From positions 32,001 through 96,000 of the IMG/VR virus record IMGVR_UViG_2716884858_000003: a stretch of 64,000 nt of DNA. One strand, 5' to 3'. Under the pieces are notes generated by a model. The model saw only the letters and a program-made list of their open reading frames with translations, was not told the DNA's origin and searched no databases. Below, in pieces: positions 36,501 to 45,500 of this stretch (position 1 is its first letter; each line of letters starts with the position of its first letter). This DNA comes from a virus (Duplodnaviria; Caudoviricetes). The position numbers were made by a program, and so were the translations under genes.

Positions 36501-37250
36501 GGCTGTGACGTTGTCAACAGCTCCAACAGCGACCCGAACAACCAGGGAGAGGTGGACGCCAGCAGACGCCACGCTGCCAGCGCTGCCTTCCACAAGAAAT
36601 ACATGGAGATCTACCCGCAGGTCTTCATCCCCCGCAACTGGAAATACGCCAACCAGTTCGCCAAGATCTTCAACCAAGAGACCGACACCGCGTGCCGGGA
36701 CTTTGGTTGGGACTGCCTGGCTAACCCGCAGGACGCTTCAGAAGACGAGGCCAACCAGCACATCCTTACCCACCTGAAATTCCTCACCTGCGCGGCACTC
36801 GGCCACGGAACCGGCTGCCTGGGTAAGACTGGTACCTCCATTGGGATGGCCGCAGCGGCTATCTTCGCACTCACAGGGGGAGGCGGCGAAGGTCATGGCC
36901 TGGGCGGTTTCAAGGTTGGTGTGACCTCGGATGAAATCGCGCAGATAAATCGTGGATTTGGCGGAGAGACGCTTATGGGTACTGCCTCGCCTACGGGGAC
37001 AATGCTTACCGCAAGTATGTACGACAGCTTCTGGGATAAGGCGGCGGTTGTGATCCGCGATATTGCTGGAGGGCACATGTTCAACAATGGGAATAAGCGG
37101 ACCGCGCAAGCTACTGTGGAGCGGTTGATGGAGCGCAACGGGATTGTCAGTGGCCCGACCTCGGGCGACCTGCGGAGCGTTATTGATAGGGTTGGGAAGG
37201 GTCAGCTACGCGAAGTGGATGACATTTCGTCCGCGCTGAGGGGCTATTAG
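30513..37250 (+). CDS. Secreted RHS/YD-repeat polymorphic toxin with Fic/Doc C-terminal domain
   Basis: YD repeats (YDALGR, YDAAGQ); core ARKYDPTLGRFISADP...DPSGL; C-terminal HMFNNGNKRTA. Confidence 0.9.
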   Translation: MAGISGWRRGRAAWAARRVRRTAVVMAGALVVGLLPAGVAAATPVKPHVAAPAAPHNKRVPLARPWPKRSSSPKRFKHFDPSGHTKLPSPGSAVVTLPNAAASASLSAKAAQVRAGNLPVLLGAAAGSQARSAAVIGSQRVRVTMLAQTSARAAGVHGVLFTLQRTSPGSGKVALRVDDSSFRYAFGGDFASRLHLVQLPACALTTPKLAKCQAQAAVRTTPGTPLTAQVSVPGSSAASGTGVSPRSATAASSAMVVMAATAGSSGSSGDYSATALSPGGSWSTSGNTGAFTYSYPIAVPRAIGGAAPNVDLSYSSASQDARTEGTNNQPSWLGDGWTSTENYVERTYKSCDDDSSSGAPKNDGDECWAGQILTLSLNGTSTDIVYDDATKTFRPADDNSTTKIEDLSNGTNGTKNGEYFKVTEGGVQYFFGLNRLPGWSSGKDETKSVWTVPVYHAHSGVSDCPDSTDFASTSCTLGYRFNLDYAVDTHGNATAWYYTPETGYYGADLKDTAVPYTRGGTLSRIDYGMTATTIYSGTAPEQIVFDASAERCIAGTPSGNTCAENQFTTANAAYWPDVPIDLNCTKDSTTCTNHGPSFWSRKRLTSITTQIQTGGATQQVDKYSFIQSFPDGGDHAPTLWLDSIQHTGLDTLGGASGSTSTPAVNFDPPLQLPNRVGTIPQMPLMYHDRIQTVTSETGAQTTVTYDRPNCSSAPASDPNDPTDAAARTFASTNTLSCFPVYWTPDGQPAPWMDWFYKYKVTAVVTEDKHNSYQDGTEPKLETDYAYKGSPGWHYDDNEVVKAKYRTWGQFRGYPEVDVTTGDPSVFHLTDGANVYDQKTLSKTYYFLGMNGDTLPGGKTRSVPALTSQDGATSVADDKALAGQVFETDTYASATGSLNAATVTVPTIIGPTASRSRSGLPDLTGQMVRTVKSLTRQVVSSGWRKTETDTFYNTTLGKPTTGMPVQADDRGETAASDNVTSCTYNRYVTGSVDTLVLPAETIATDQDCSAAGATPGGTLISDVRTSYDSNAFTYDGDGQQNPTLPKTGDVTLVQKASAATGATATAFVDESSVTYDGYGRVTLTTRTPHSTAPNGASLSQNTATGYTPATGELPTGIVTATQVTPGATCTTATTSSKDCQVATSTMDPARAQPTAQTNAAGRLTSLTYDALGRLNGAWLPNESKINGAPANTTYTYSLSQTGPSIVAANSLLDNDSYATTETLYDAMLRPLQTQATAENSSMTVSDTQYDSHGWTVVTNNAYNVAGSPRNIPVPVSQLSIPDATVTDHDGMGRADLVTEQHNGLKTWATTTAYTGDKTTVLPPKGGAATTTVVNARGQSTELDQYSTAPTLSGTAANGFTATGGTPSPTTYGYDAAGQQHQVTGPDHTIWTFNYDLLGRKTSQNDPDVGKSSYGYDDAGNLVSTTDDAKQIELDYTYDLLGRKLTGSDKSKSNFQFASWLYDTKRIGLPTSSTRYVQGTTGGYTIAATGYTALGKPTGTTITLPASETPLPSTYTTTYTYTINNQLLQTQTDPRTQGLTSEGITYDHDVLGNPTKTSSSANIYVDSTVYTDFGTPSVITQGASTNPAWTTYDYDAQTRRLTDRVIKRTQAPGPTVDDTKYFYDASGNPTSITDLQSETGNTVTDQQCYSYDALDRLTDAWTGNNCTVNPPTAGTLTTTPGSYWQSFSYDAIGNRHQSVDHAIGSSGTTATTTYNNGCTANCNSTGAQPHTLTATTGGTNPTTFGYDENGNLHTRTPTTGPGQTLTWDDEGHLAQVDTGGSTPTTTKYLYDADGNQLIRRDPGQTTLFAGDTQIVVNTSVTPNVLLGAVRTYTHGGAGTPVAVHSSLANGGVKYLFNDPNGTATLSMDTTTQQVARQQNTPYGQPRASSNTTTWPDPTHSYLGKPQDTTTGYTDVGARKYDPTLGRFISADPLLQPASPQSLGGYTYADDNPLTNSDPSGLMACASPDECGGGAQYGNNTPTLNSGGKALNDASWGCNGCDVVNSSNSDPNNQGEVDASRRHAASAAFHKKYMEIYPQVFIPRNWKYANQFAKIFNQETDTACRDFGWDCLANPQDASEDEANQHILTHLKFLTCAALGHGTGCLGKTGTSIGMAAAAIFALTGGGGEGHGLGGFKVGVTSDEIAQINRGFGGETLMGTASPTGTMLTASMYDSFWDKAAVVIRDIAGGHMFNNGNKRTAQATVERLMERNGIVSGPTSGDLRSVIDRVGKGQLREVDDISSALRGY

Positions 37251-37507
37251 TGGGAGTGCGCGTAATGGATATCGAGCAGCTTATGGAAAAGCTCGGCCAC
37301 TGTGGTGTTACCGTAATCCTCAAGATGGATGATGAGAGGATGGCAGAAAATGGTGAGCCGTGGACAGTGGTCATGTCGGGAAGAGGTCTAGGGGAGCAGG
37401 GATTTATCCGGGCTGAATCATCAAGTCTCGATGATTGCCTGGGGCAGGCGCTCGACCGGCTGCGTGCTCGTCCGGGAGACTGGGAATGGCTGGGAGAGAT
37501 TTCATAA
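37250..37507 (+). CDS. Putative cognate immunity protein
   Basis: Small acidic ORF overlapping the toxin stop; same lower-GC composition as the toxin tip. Confidence 0.7.
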   Translation: MGVRVMDIEQLMEKLGHCGVTVILKMDDERMAENGEPWTVVMSGRGLGEQGFIRAESSSLDDCLGQALDRLRARPGDWEWLGEIS

Positions 37508-37700
37508 TTGATGCCGAGCGGGCCCAGTGGAAGTTGGGTGCTCTCTAGGAGTCGTCGCAACATGTGGCTGGTTTGATCAGGCCGCGAGTAGCTTATGCAG
37601 GCAGCTCTGCTGAAGCTTCCCCTTGATCGTGGACACCTGGAGACTGGGACGTGAGAGCCCAGAGGAAGCAGTGCCAGGTGTCCACGATCAAGGGGAAGCT

Positions 37701-37901
37701 TCACTCGGCGGCTACACCTACGCCGACGACAACCCCGTCACCAACAGCGACCCGAGCGGCCTGATGGGCTGCGCGTCTCCTGGCGAATGCGGCGGCGGAG
37801 CCCAGTACGGCAACAACACCCCAACCCTGAACAGCGGCGGCAAGGCGCTCAACGACGATTCCTGGGGCTGTAACGGCTGTGACGTTGTCAACAGCTCCAA
37901 C
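37701..37901 (+). pseudogene. Orphan RHS core fragment (201-bp near-copy of 36327-36527)
   Basis: SLGGYTYADDNP.TNSDPSGLM...DVVNSSN is duplicated. Confidence 0.85.
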
Positions 37902-38082
37902 CGGCCGCCGTCCTCGGCAGGTACCTCCACGAGGAGCAGCGGCGGCCCCTCCAGGGTCTCCAGGCGACCCGTCAGGACGTCCCAGTCTATCTCGCCGTTA
38001 ACGGACATACCGTCACGATAAAAGCGCGGCAGGGGGCGTGTGTAGGGGATTTGTGAAATGCGCCGGGCGGGGGAGGGGCGCT

Positions 38083-38112
38083 GGCGGGCAGGGCGTGTAC
38101 GCCTGCGCCGCC
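38083..38112. repeat. 30-bp direct repeat, copy 1 (imperfect hairpin)
   Basis: GGCGGGCAGGGCGTGTACGCCTGCGCCGCC, identical at 39227. Confidence 0.8.
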
Positions 38113-38113
38113 G

Positions 38114-38602
38114 TCAGGCAACCGGGGGTGGCTGTGGCGGTTGGGCTTGCCCAGCAGCGTTGGTGGAGAGCCGTGATGCCCCTGCCACCGCCTTCATATC
38201 GTCCGGGTCGCTTCGGCCCAGGACGAAGACCTTGGCGAGAGCGAGCAAGCTCGGACCGCACAGGAGCGTGGACAACCACCAGGACTCCGGAGCCACGTAT
38301 ATGCCGCCCCCGAGCATGGCCAATGCGATCACTGCTCCGACGGTCAACTCGATGGTGCGCCGACGGTCCGCCCGCTGCTGCTGACGCTCCACGTGTTGTC
38401 GCTGGTTCTCCTCGCGCTGGAAGTCAAGTTGCGCCATCCGCTGGCGGTGCTCGCGGCGGAGTTCAGGCTCCATGGCGCGCAGCGCTGCACCAAGCTGCTC
38501 GGCCCCAAGGTCCCGCCATTGCATGGCGATACGTGCGCCGGCCGACAGGACGGTGTCCTCGCCAGATGGCTGCTGGGCAGGCAACTGCCCCTCAGTGCTC
38601 AC
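38114..38602 (-). CDS. Two-TM membrane protein with coiled N-terminus
   Basis: Hydrophobic LTVGAVIALAMLGGGIYV and WLSTLLCGPSLLALAKVFV; coupled to the upstream ORF. Confidence 0.7.
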   Translation of the reverse strand: MSTEGQLPAQQPSGEDTVLSAGARIAMQWRDLGAEQLGAALRAMEPELRREHRQRMAQLDFQREENQRQHVERQQQRADRRRTIELTVGAVIALAMLGGGIYVAPESWWLSTLLCGPSLLALAKVFVLGRSDPDDMKAVAGASRLSTNAAGQAQPPQPPPVA

Positions 38603-38871
38603 AGCGCTGATCCCCCGCCGCTGCTCGACACGGGAGCGAAGTCTCCGTTTGCGCTCTGGGGCGGAGGGCCGAGCCGCAGGAACAACCGCGCCAGCGTGTG
38701 GTTGATCGTGTCAGCCGTTCGCTCGGCGACGAGCCGTTCGTCTTCCGTGGACAGGTGACCGGCCTCGTCCGCCAGGAGTTCGGCGTCATCATCGCCCTCG
38801 AATTGTCGGGCCTCTTCCACGGCGGCATCTCGAATATCCCCGTAGGGCGGCAGGGGCCCATAAGTAGTCAT
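38599..38871 (-). CDS. Small acidic hypothetical protein (start uncertain)
   Basis: MTTYGPLPPYGD...; stop overlaps the start of 38114-38602. Confidence 0.5.
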   Translation of the reverse strand: MTTYGPLPPYGDIRDAAVEEARQFEGDDDAELLADEAGHLSTEDERLVAERTADTINHTLARLFLRLGPPPQSANGDFAPVSSSGGGSAL

Positions 38872-39226
38872 TGGGCCGTCGCGAGTGATGACGATGGACC
38901 CATTTCCCTGAAACACGGTTGCGCTACCGGAGGCCCTGGCGTGCTGGGTGACTGTGTGATCTTTGCCGCGGGTTCCGGCCGCGGCGTGCGCAATCAGCGT
39001 CACCAGGCGGTCTATGGCCGTCATCAGGCCGTCTACGGCCCGGAGGGGAAGCGTCACCAGGCGGTCCATGACCGTCACCGAGCGGTCTATGGCTCGGAGG
39101 AGAAACGACACCAGGCGTTCTGAAGTCCCCAACACGGCGTCCCCCCGAGGGCCGAGACACACGGCACGCGGCCACCATATCCGCGAAGTGGCCAAGGGTG
39201 GCAGTACTTCACAAGAGAGAGGCGCC

Positions 39227-39256
39227 GGCGGGCAGGGCGTGTACGCCTGCGCCGCC
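39227..39256. repeat. 30-bp direct repeat, copy 2
   Basis: Identical to 38083-38112. Confidence 0.8.
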
Positions 39257-39446
39257 CGGGCACTGCATCGGCACTTCCGCCGGCGCCCGCCTGTCCCCGC
39301 TCGGAACCCGGCCCACGCTATCAGTCGCTCGTGATCGAACTCCGGGCGCTGACCTGCACGTTCACGCCCACAGGGGCAGTCCGGCGGGTGGCCTATCATG
39401 CTCCGCCGACCGAAACCGGAAGCATACGTTCCGCCTGGGGGCGACC

Positions 39447-39788
39447 TTGATCCCACTGACCCACCTCGCCCTGCTCGGGCTGGCCGGCTACCGCGGCACC
39501 CAGCTTGCCGTCCACGACACCATCCTCGAACCCGTCCGCGACCGGGTGTTCACGTGGCACGAGCGCCGCCAGGACTCCGCCATCCGCACCGCCGTGGTGA
39601 CGCTCATCTCCTGCGTGTACTGCATGGGCTGGTGGATCTCCGGGGCGCTCCTCGCCACGTACCTGCTCGCCCTCGGCAGCTTCGACGGCACCCCGCTCCT
39701 CGTCCACGGCCTGGAGTGGCTGGCAGTCGCCGGCCTGGCCGTCCTGCTCAACCGCCTGGACGACACGCTGGGACGGATCCACGGATGA
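39447..39788 (+). CDS. DUF1360-like small membrane protein
   Basis: YRGTQLAVHDTILEPVR and LISCVYCMGWW; TTG start. Confidence 0.75.
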   Translation: MIPLTHLALLGLAGYRGTQLAVHDTILEPVRDRVFTWHERRQDSAIRTAVVTLISCVYCMGWWISGALLATYLLALGSFDGTPLLVHGLEWLAVAGLAVLLNRLDDTLGRIHG

Positions 39789-41575
39789 CCGCACCCACCC
39801 GGCCGCGCCGCGGGGAGCTGACCGCCTCCGCCGCCCGCTACACCGCACGCCGCCTGCGCAGCAAGCCCGTTGACGGCTCCTGGCAAGAGCGCGCCTGGCT
39901 GTTCTACGACGAGACCCCAGAGGTGCGGTTCGCCGCCCGCTGGTACTCCAACGCCATGAGCCGCGCCAAGCTGTTCGCCGGCCGCCGGGACGAGGAGGGC
40001 AACGTCGTCCCCCTCCCGCCCGACCACCGGGCGACGGAGCTGGTGGCCGAGATCGCCGGCGGCCTCAACGGCCAGTCACAGCTCCTCGGTTCCTTCGGCC
40101 CCCACCTCGTCGTGCCCGGTGAGGCGTGGATCGTCGTCCGGCCGAAGGAGGACGCCCGCGGCAACGCCGTGGCCGCGGACTGGCGGGTGCTGTCCACCCA
40201 GGAGGTCAAGCCGCAGGGCAACAAGCTGCTGGCCGAGATCGACGGGGAGGACGTGGCCATCCCCGGCGCGGAGGACGACAGCGCCCCCCTGGACAGCGAC
40301 GAGCCGGTGGCCATCCGCGTGTGGGAGCCCCACCCCCGCCGCCACCTGGAGGCGGACAGCGCCGTACGGTCCAGCCTCGGCCTGCTGGAGGAGCTGAAGC
40401 TCCTCAACGCCGCCGTGGCCGCCATCGCCCGCTCCCGGCTGACCGGCCGGGGCATCGTGCTCGTGCCCCAGGGCACCAAGTTCCCCACCACGCCCAACCA
40501 GGGGGACGAGGAAGACGACCTGATCGAGGTCCTGATGACGGTCGCCGAGACCGCCTACAAGGAACCCGACAGCGCCGCGGCCACCGTCCCGATCATCCTG
40601 GAGGTGCCGGCCGACCAGATCCCCAACATCAAGCGCCTGACGTTCGAGTCCGACTTCGACACGCTCGCCATCCAGTTGCGCGAGGAGGCCATCACCCGCT
40701 TCGCCAACGGCCTGGAGGTGCCAGCGGAGATCCTGCTGGGCCAGGGCGACATCAACCACTGGGGCCAGTGGGCCCTCAAGGACGAGGCAATCACCCTGGG
40801 CGTGGAGCCCAAGCTGGCCACCGTCGCGGACGCCCTGACGGCCCAGTACCTCCAGCCGATTCTGGAGGCCGAGAACGTCGAGGACGCCCTGGAGTGCCTG
40901 GTCTGGTACGACACCAGCCCCCTGCGGGTGCGCACCAACCGCGCCGAGACCGCGCTGAAGGTCCACGAGGCGGGCGCCATCTCGGACGCCGCGCTGCGCC
41001 GGGAGACCGGGTTCACCGACGCGGACGCCCCCACCGAGGAGGAGCGCGCCCGCCGCAAGCAGCAGCCGGCCGACAACGGCCAGGACCCGAACCTGCCGGT
41101 GGACGAGAGCAACGCCGAACCCGAGCAGCCCGCCAGCGACCCGGCCGAGGAGGGCCCGGACGTGGGCCTGGCCGCCGCCGTAGTGGTGGAGCCGGTGGAC
41201 GTGGCCGCGCTGCGCTACCTGGTGGTGCTGGCCGCCATCGACGGCGTGATCCACAACGCCATGTGCATGGTCGGCGAGAAGATCCGCGTCAAGCCGGCCT
41301 GCCCGCGCAGCGAGCGCGGCCGGTCCCGGGAGATCCCGCCAGGGGAGCTGCACACCCACTTCCCCGTCTCGGACGAGCAGGTCGACCAGTGGCACCTGCT
41401 CATCAGCGCTTGGGACCGCGTCCCGGAGATGGCCCAGCGGTACGGGTTCGAGGCGGAATGCCTCATCGACACTCTGGACAACTACGCCCGCGCCCTGATT
41501 GCCGCCCGCATGAAGCACACCTATGAGGAGACCGTGCGCCTGCTGCGGTCCTCCTGCCTGGGGCTGGCGGCGTGA
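39785..41575 (+). CDS. Probable portal protein
   Basis: WQERAW.FYD..PEV, PHP...EADS, E.LLG.GD.NHW; about 596 aa; precedes the head genes. Confidence 0.8.
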   Translation: MTAPTRPRRGELTASAARYTARRLRSKPVDGSWQERAWLFYDETPEVRFAARWYSNAMSRAKLFAGRRDEEGNVVPLPPDHRATELVAEIAGGLNGQSQLLGSFGPHLVVPGEAWIVVRPKEDARGNAVAADWRVLSTQEVKPQGNKLLAEIDGEDVAIPGAEDDSAPLDSDEPVAIRVWEPHPRRHLEADSAVRSSLGLLEELKLLNAAVAAIARSRLTGRGIVLVPQGTKFPTTPNQGDEEDDLIEVLMTVAETAYKEPDSAAATVPIILEVPADQIPNIKRLTFESDFDTLAIQLREEAITRFANGLEVPAEILLGQGDINHWGQWALKDEAITLGVEPKLATVADALTAQYLQPILEAENVEDALECLVWYDTSPLRVRTNRAETALKVHEAGAISDAALRRETGFTDADAPTEEERARRKQQPADNGQDPNLPVDESNAEPEQPASDPAEEGPDVGLAAAVVVEPVDVAALRYLVVLAAIDGVIHNAMCMVGEKIRVKPACPRSERGRSREIPPGELHTHFPVSDEQVDQWHLLISAWDRVPEMAQRYGFEAECLIDTLDNYARALIAARMKHTYEETVRLLRSSCLGLAA

Positions 41576-41784
41576 CCACCCCGCCACGCCCGCCGACCGA
41601 GCCGCGCCCGGCCGAGGTCAGCGCCTCGGCGGCCAACGTCACCGCCGAATGGTGCAGCAGCTGCAAGGCGTACACGCTCCTGGCCGGGGAGATCGTCCTG
41701 CTCACCCAGGACGGCGTGGCCACGGTCGGCTACTGGGCGTGGTGCGAGACCTGCGACCCCCCGGAGGTATCCCGTGTCGGCTGA
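41572..41784 (+). CDS. Small Zn-ribbon protein
   Basis: CSSC...CETC; GTGA overlap. Confidence 0.7.
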   Translation: MTTPPRPPTEPRPAEVSASAANVTAEWCSSCKAYTLLAGEIVLLTQDGVATVGYWAWCETCDPPEVSRVG

Positions 41785-42001
41785 CCACTGCCCGGACCAC
41801 GTGGAGCGCCTGGACCTGTGCCCCCAGTGCCAGGGCCTGACCGTCACCGGCATGACCCGCCTGACCGGCGTCACCGACGTCCGCATCGACGGTCCGGCCG
41901 GGCCCCTCAAGCTCAACGGCCCCGTGGTCATGTACCTGGGCCCCGTGGAGCCGTGCCCGAACAGGGCGGCCCTCGAGGAAGGAGCTGCCCGCGATGTGTA
42001 A
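41774..42001 (+). CDS. Small Cys-containing protein
   Basis: CPQC...EPCP; RBS GGAGG. Confidence 0.65.
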   Translation: MSADHCPDHVERLDLCPQCQGLTVTGMTRLTGVTDVRIDGPAGPLKLNGPVVMYLGPVEPCPNRAALEEGAARDV

Positions 42002-42376
42002 CCGCCCGAGCCCGCCGCCGAGCACGCCCCGGAGCTGTGGGGGCACTCCGCCTCCGCCCACCGCGTACACGGCTGGTGCGCGGACTGCCCAGGCCACGAC
42101 CTGGCAGAGGAGACGGTGGCCTGGCGTGTACGGGAGAACCGCCGCCACGACGCCGAGCAGGCCGCGTTGGCCGCCTCCGCCGCCAACCGCAACACCGTGG
42201 ACCTGGCCGCCACCCATGACCACCTGTGCCCCGTGTGCGGCCACGAGGCCCTGACCGTCGTCCGCGTCGCCCTGGTCGTCGACAGCGGCGAGCAGCGCCC
42301 GGCCGGCGGGTGGGCCCACTGCACCGCCTGCGACGCAACACCCCACCCCACGCTGGAGGAGCCCGACCGTGGCTGA
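41994..42376 (+). pseudogene. Two-module Zn-binding protein with an apparent frameshift near the start
   Basis: ATG at 41994 is out of frame with HRVHGWCADC...CPVC...CTAC, which begins after TAA 42001. Confidence 0.55.
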
Positions 42377-42599
42377 CATCACCGAGACCACCCCCAATGG
42401 GCGGCCTCCGGAGCGCACCGCGCCGCCCGGACACAGCCTGATCGCCCACCAGGTGCACGGGTGGTGCAGCAAGTGCCCGGACGTGGAGCTGTGGGAGGAG
42501 CTGCTGGCCTGGCGCCAGCGCGAGCGCGCCCGTGTGGACGACGCGCCGTTCACGGACCGCGCCCCGGAGCCGTCCCCGAAGGTGGCCCGCCATGGATGA
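42369..42599 (+). CDS. Small HxxHGWCxxC protein
   Basis: AHQVHGWCSKCP, paralogous to the preceding module. Confidence 0.7.
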   Translation: MADITETTPNGRPPERTAPPGHSLIAHQVHGWCSKCPDVELWEELLAWRQRERARVDDAPFTDRAPEPSPKVARHG

Positions 42600-45500
42600 G
42601 CTGGAGGAGGCCCTGGCCGCGGCCGAGGAGGACGTTGCGGCCGAAGCGCGGGCTGTACTGGAGGAGGTGGCGGAGGAGTTCGCCGCCGCCCTCGATGGCG
42701 CCACGGAGCTGGTGGCGGCCCGGTTCTCCGTCTCCCGTATCGGGGCGATGTTCCGCCAGCGGGTGCCGCGCCTCGTGCGCCGGTTGCTGGGCGTCACCGA
42801 GCAGGCCGCCGAGTCTGCGGCCGGCCAGGTGGACGCGGAGCTGCCGGACGGGTGGGACGACCTGCCCGGCCGCCAGGACCGCGGCGAGGAACTCCCCGAC
42901 GGCATCGGCCAGTACGTCGACAGCACGGAGCACCTGCTGCGCGCCGTGGGCGACCGCCTCGCCGAGGTGGCCGTGCGCGAGCTCGCCGCCGGTGTAGACG
43001 CGGGGGAGGACCTGGAGGCCCTGCGGGCCCGCCTGCTGGCCGTGTTCGCCCGCGAGGGGGCGCAGCTCGGGGAGGGCCGGGAGGCGCTGATCTCGACCAC
43101 CGAGGCGGCCCGCGCCTGGAACACCGCCACCCTGGCCGCCGCCCAGGCCCTCACCGGCCCGGACCGGCCGATCGTCAAGCAGTGGCAGACCCGCCGCGAC
43201 ACCAAGGTGCGAGACGCCCACCACGACGTGGACGGGTTCGTGCGCATCCTCGACGACGCGTTCGAGGTGGCCGGCGTCGACATGCAGCACCCCGGAGACC
43301 CGAGCGCACCCCCGGCCCTGGTGTGCAACTGCCGGTGCATCCTGCGCCTCCAACACGCCCCGGACCGCAGCGCCTCCGCCCTTGCAATCCCAGCCGCCGG
43401 ACCGAGTGACGCTTTCGAAACCACGGCCGCCGCGACCGAGCACACCGGCGCCATGATCGCCCTCGTACCCTCCGCCGCCGACGTGGAGCGCCTGGCCCTC
43501 GACAACGGAGAGCCCGCGGAGGAGCTGCACTGCACCCTGTGGTTCCTCGGCACCGCCGCCGACTGGACCGAGGACCAGCGCAACGAGCTGATCGCAGGCG
43601 TCCGCGCCCGGGCCACCAGCCTGGCCGGGCCCGTGCGGGCGGTGTCGTTCGGAGTCAACCACTGGAACCCGTCCAGCCCAGACCCCGCCTGGGTGTGGGC
43701 CATCGGCGACGACGCCGACGCAGGCGACGAGGACCCGACCCTGCACGAGGCGCGCGCCGTCGCCCAGGACGCCCTGGAGGACGGCCACAACAACCCGGAC
43801 CTGCCCCGCCAGCACACCCCTTGGGTCGCCCACACAACCGCTGCCTACACCACGGAGACATGGCCCTTGGAGGCCATGGCCGACCGCCTGGGCCCGCTCA
43901 CCTTCGACCGTATCCGCGTCGCGTTCGCCGGCGAGGTCACGGACATCCCACTCGGCCCCGAGGAGGAGCCCCCCATGGACAACCCGACCGCCGCGGCCCT
44001 GACGGCCGCGCTGCCGGTCCGCACCTGGTCCACCCCGGACGGCGCGGCCCTGGCATTCGAGAACACCGAGACCGGCGACGGCCGGATCTTCGCGCCCAAG
44101 GCCCTGTACTGGGACGGCTCCGGGCCCTGGCCCCTCCAGTACGCGGAGGAGATGGGCATGGGCCACGAGGGCGCCGAACTCGCCGGCGCCATCGGCAAGT
44201 ACGGCCGGGACGGCGACCGCATCACCGGCAACGGCGTGCTCTACCTCTCCCAGCGCGCCGGATACGACGCCGTGACCCTGCTGGAGCAGGAGGCCCCCCT
44301 GGGCGTGTCCGTCGACCTGGACTCCGTCGACGTGGAGTTCGTGGACAAGACGCTCACCGAGGACGAGGACGGCATGCTGGTGCTCGCCGCGTCCATCCCA
44401 TACGCCAGCGTGATGCGCCTGCCTGACGGGGCGTGGGTCATCAACGCCGCCACCAGCGTGGAGGCCACCGCCGCCGGAACGTCCTTCACTCGCCGCCAGT
44501 CCCTGGCCCAGCTCATCACCGGCCCCGGCGGCCGGATCTCCGCCGCCGCCCTGGCAGTGTTCGACGGGGCCCGCCTGCCCAAGCTGACGGCCGCCGCCGG
44601 CGACCCGGACGACGCGGACGGCGTTGTCCTGCACTCCGAGCAGGCCGGGGACTTCCTGGTCCGCATCACCAAGGCCCGCGTCCGCGGAGCCACCCTCGTG
44701 AGCATGCCCGCCTACGACCAGGCGCGCATCGTGCTGGACCCGCCCGAGGTGGACGGGGAGGCCGCCGCCGCGGTGACGGCCGCCCTCACCGCCGCCTCCG
44801 CCCCGGGGGAGACCCGCCAGCGCGTCATCAAGTACGTACGCGCCTGCCCCGGACCCGTCGGCGCGGGCGAGATCGCCAAGTCCCTGGGCCTCACCGTGGA
44901 GACCGCCCGCAAGCACCTGCGCGCCGCGTCCAAGGACGGCCAATTGGTGCGCCTGGCCGCCGGCCTGTACGTCGGCGCCTCCACCATCCCGGAGGGCCCG
45001 CAGGTCGCCGCCAGCGCGGCCGTGACGGACGGGGAGGACGCGGCCCTGACGGAGCTGGTGGCGTCCGCCTGGACGGCCATGCGCGACCTGCCCCCGATGC
45101 CCGCTGCCTGGTTCGCGGAGCCCACCGCTGAGGAACTGCCGCCAGGGAGCGGCGGGGTGCACTACGCGGACGGCCGGATCTACGGGTGGGTGGCCCAGGC
45201 CGGGGAGCCGCACGCCGGGTTCTCCAACCGGAAGCTGACCATCGACAGCCTCGGCGAGATCGACACCACGCACTTCCTGCGCGCCCGGTTCCGTCTCGAC
45301 AACGGGGAGACCGTCAAGGCCGGCGCCTTCACCATGAACGCCCCCCACGACCGTGACGGGGCGGAGTGCAACGACGTGGCGTGCCAGTTCGATGACTCCC
45401 GCACCGTCGCCGGCATCGTCACCGTGGGCATGAACGAGCGCGGCATGTGGTTCTCCGGTGCTGCCGCGCCCTGGCTGTCCGACTGGGACCGCACCGTGTT

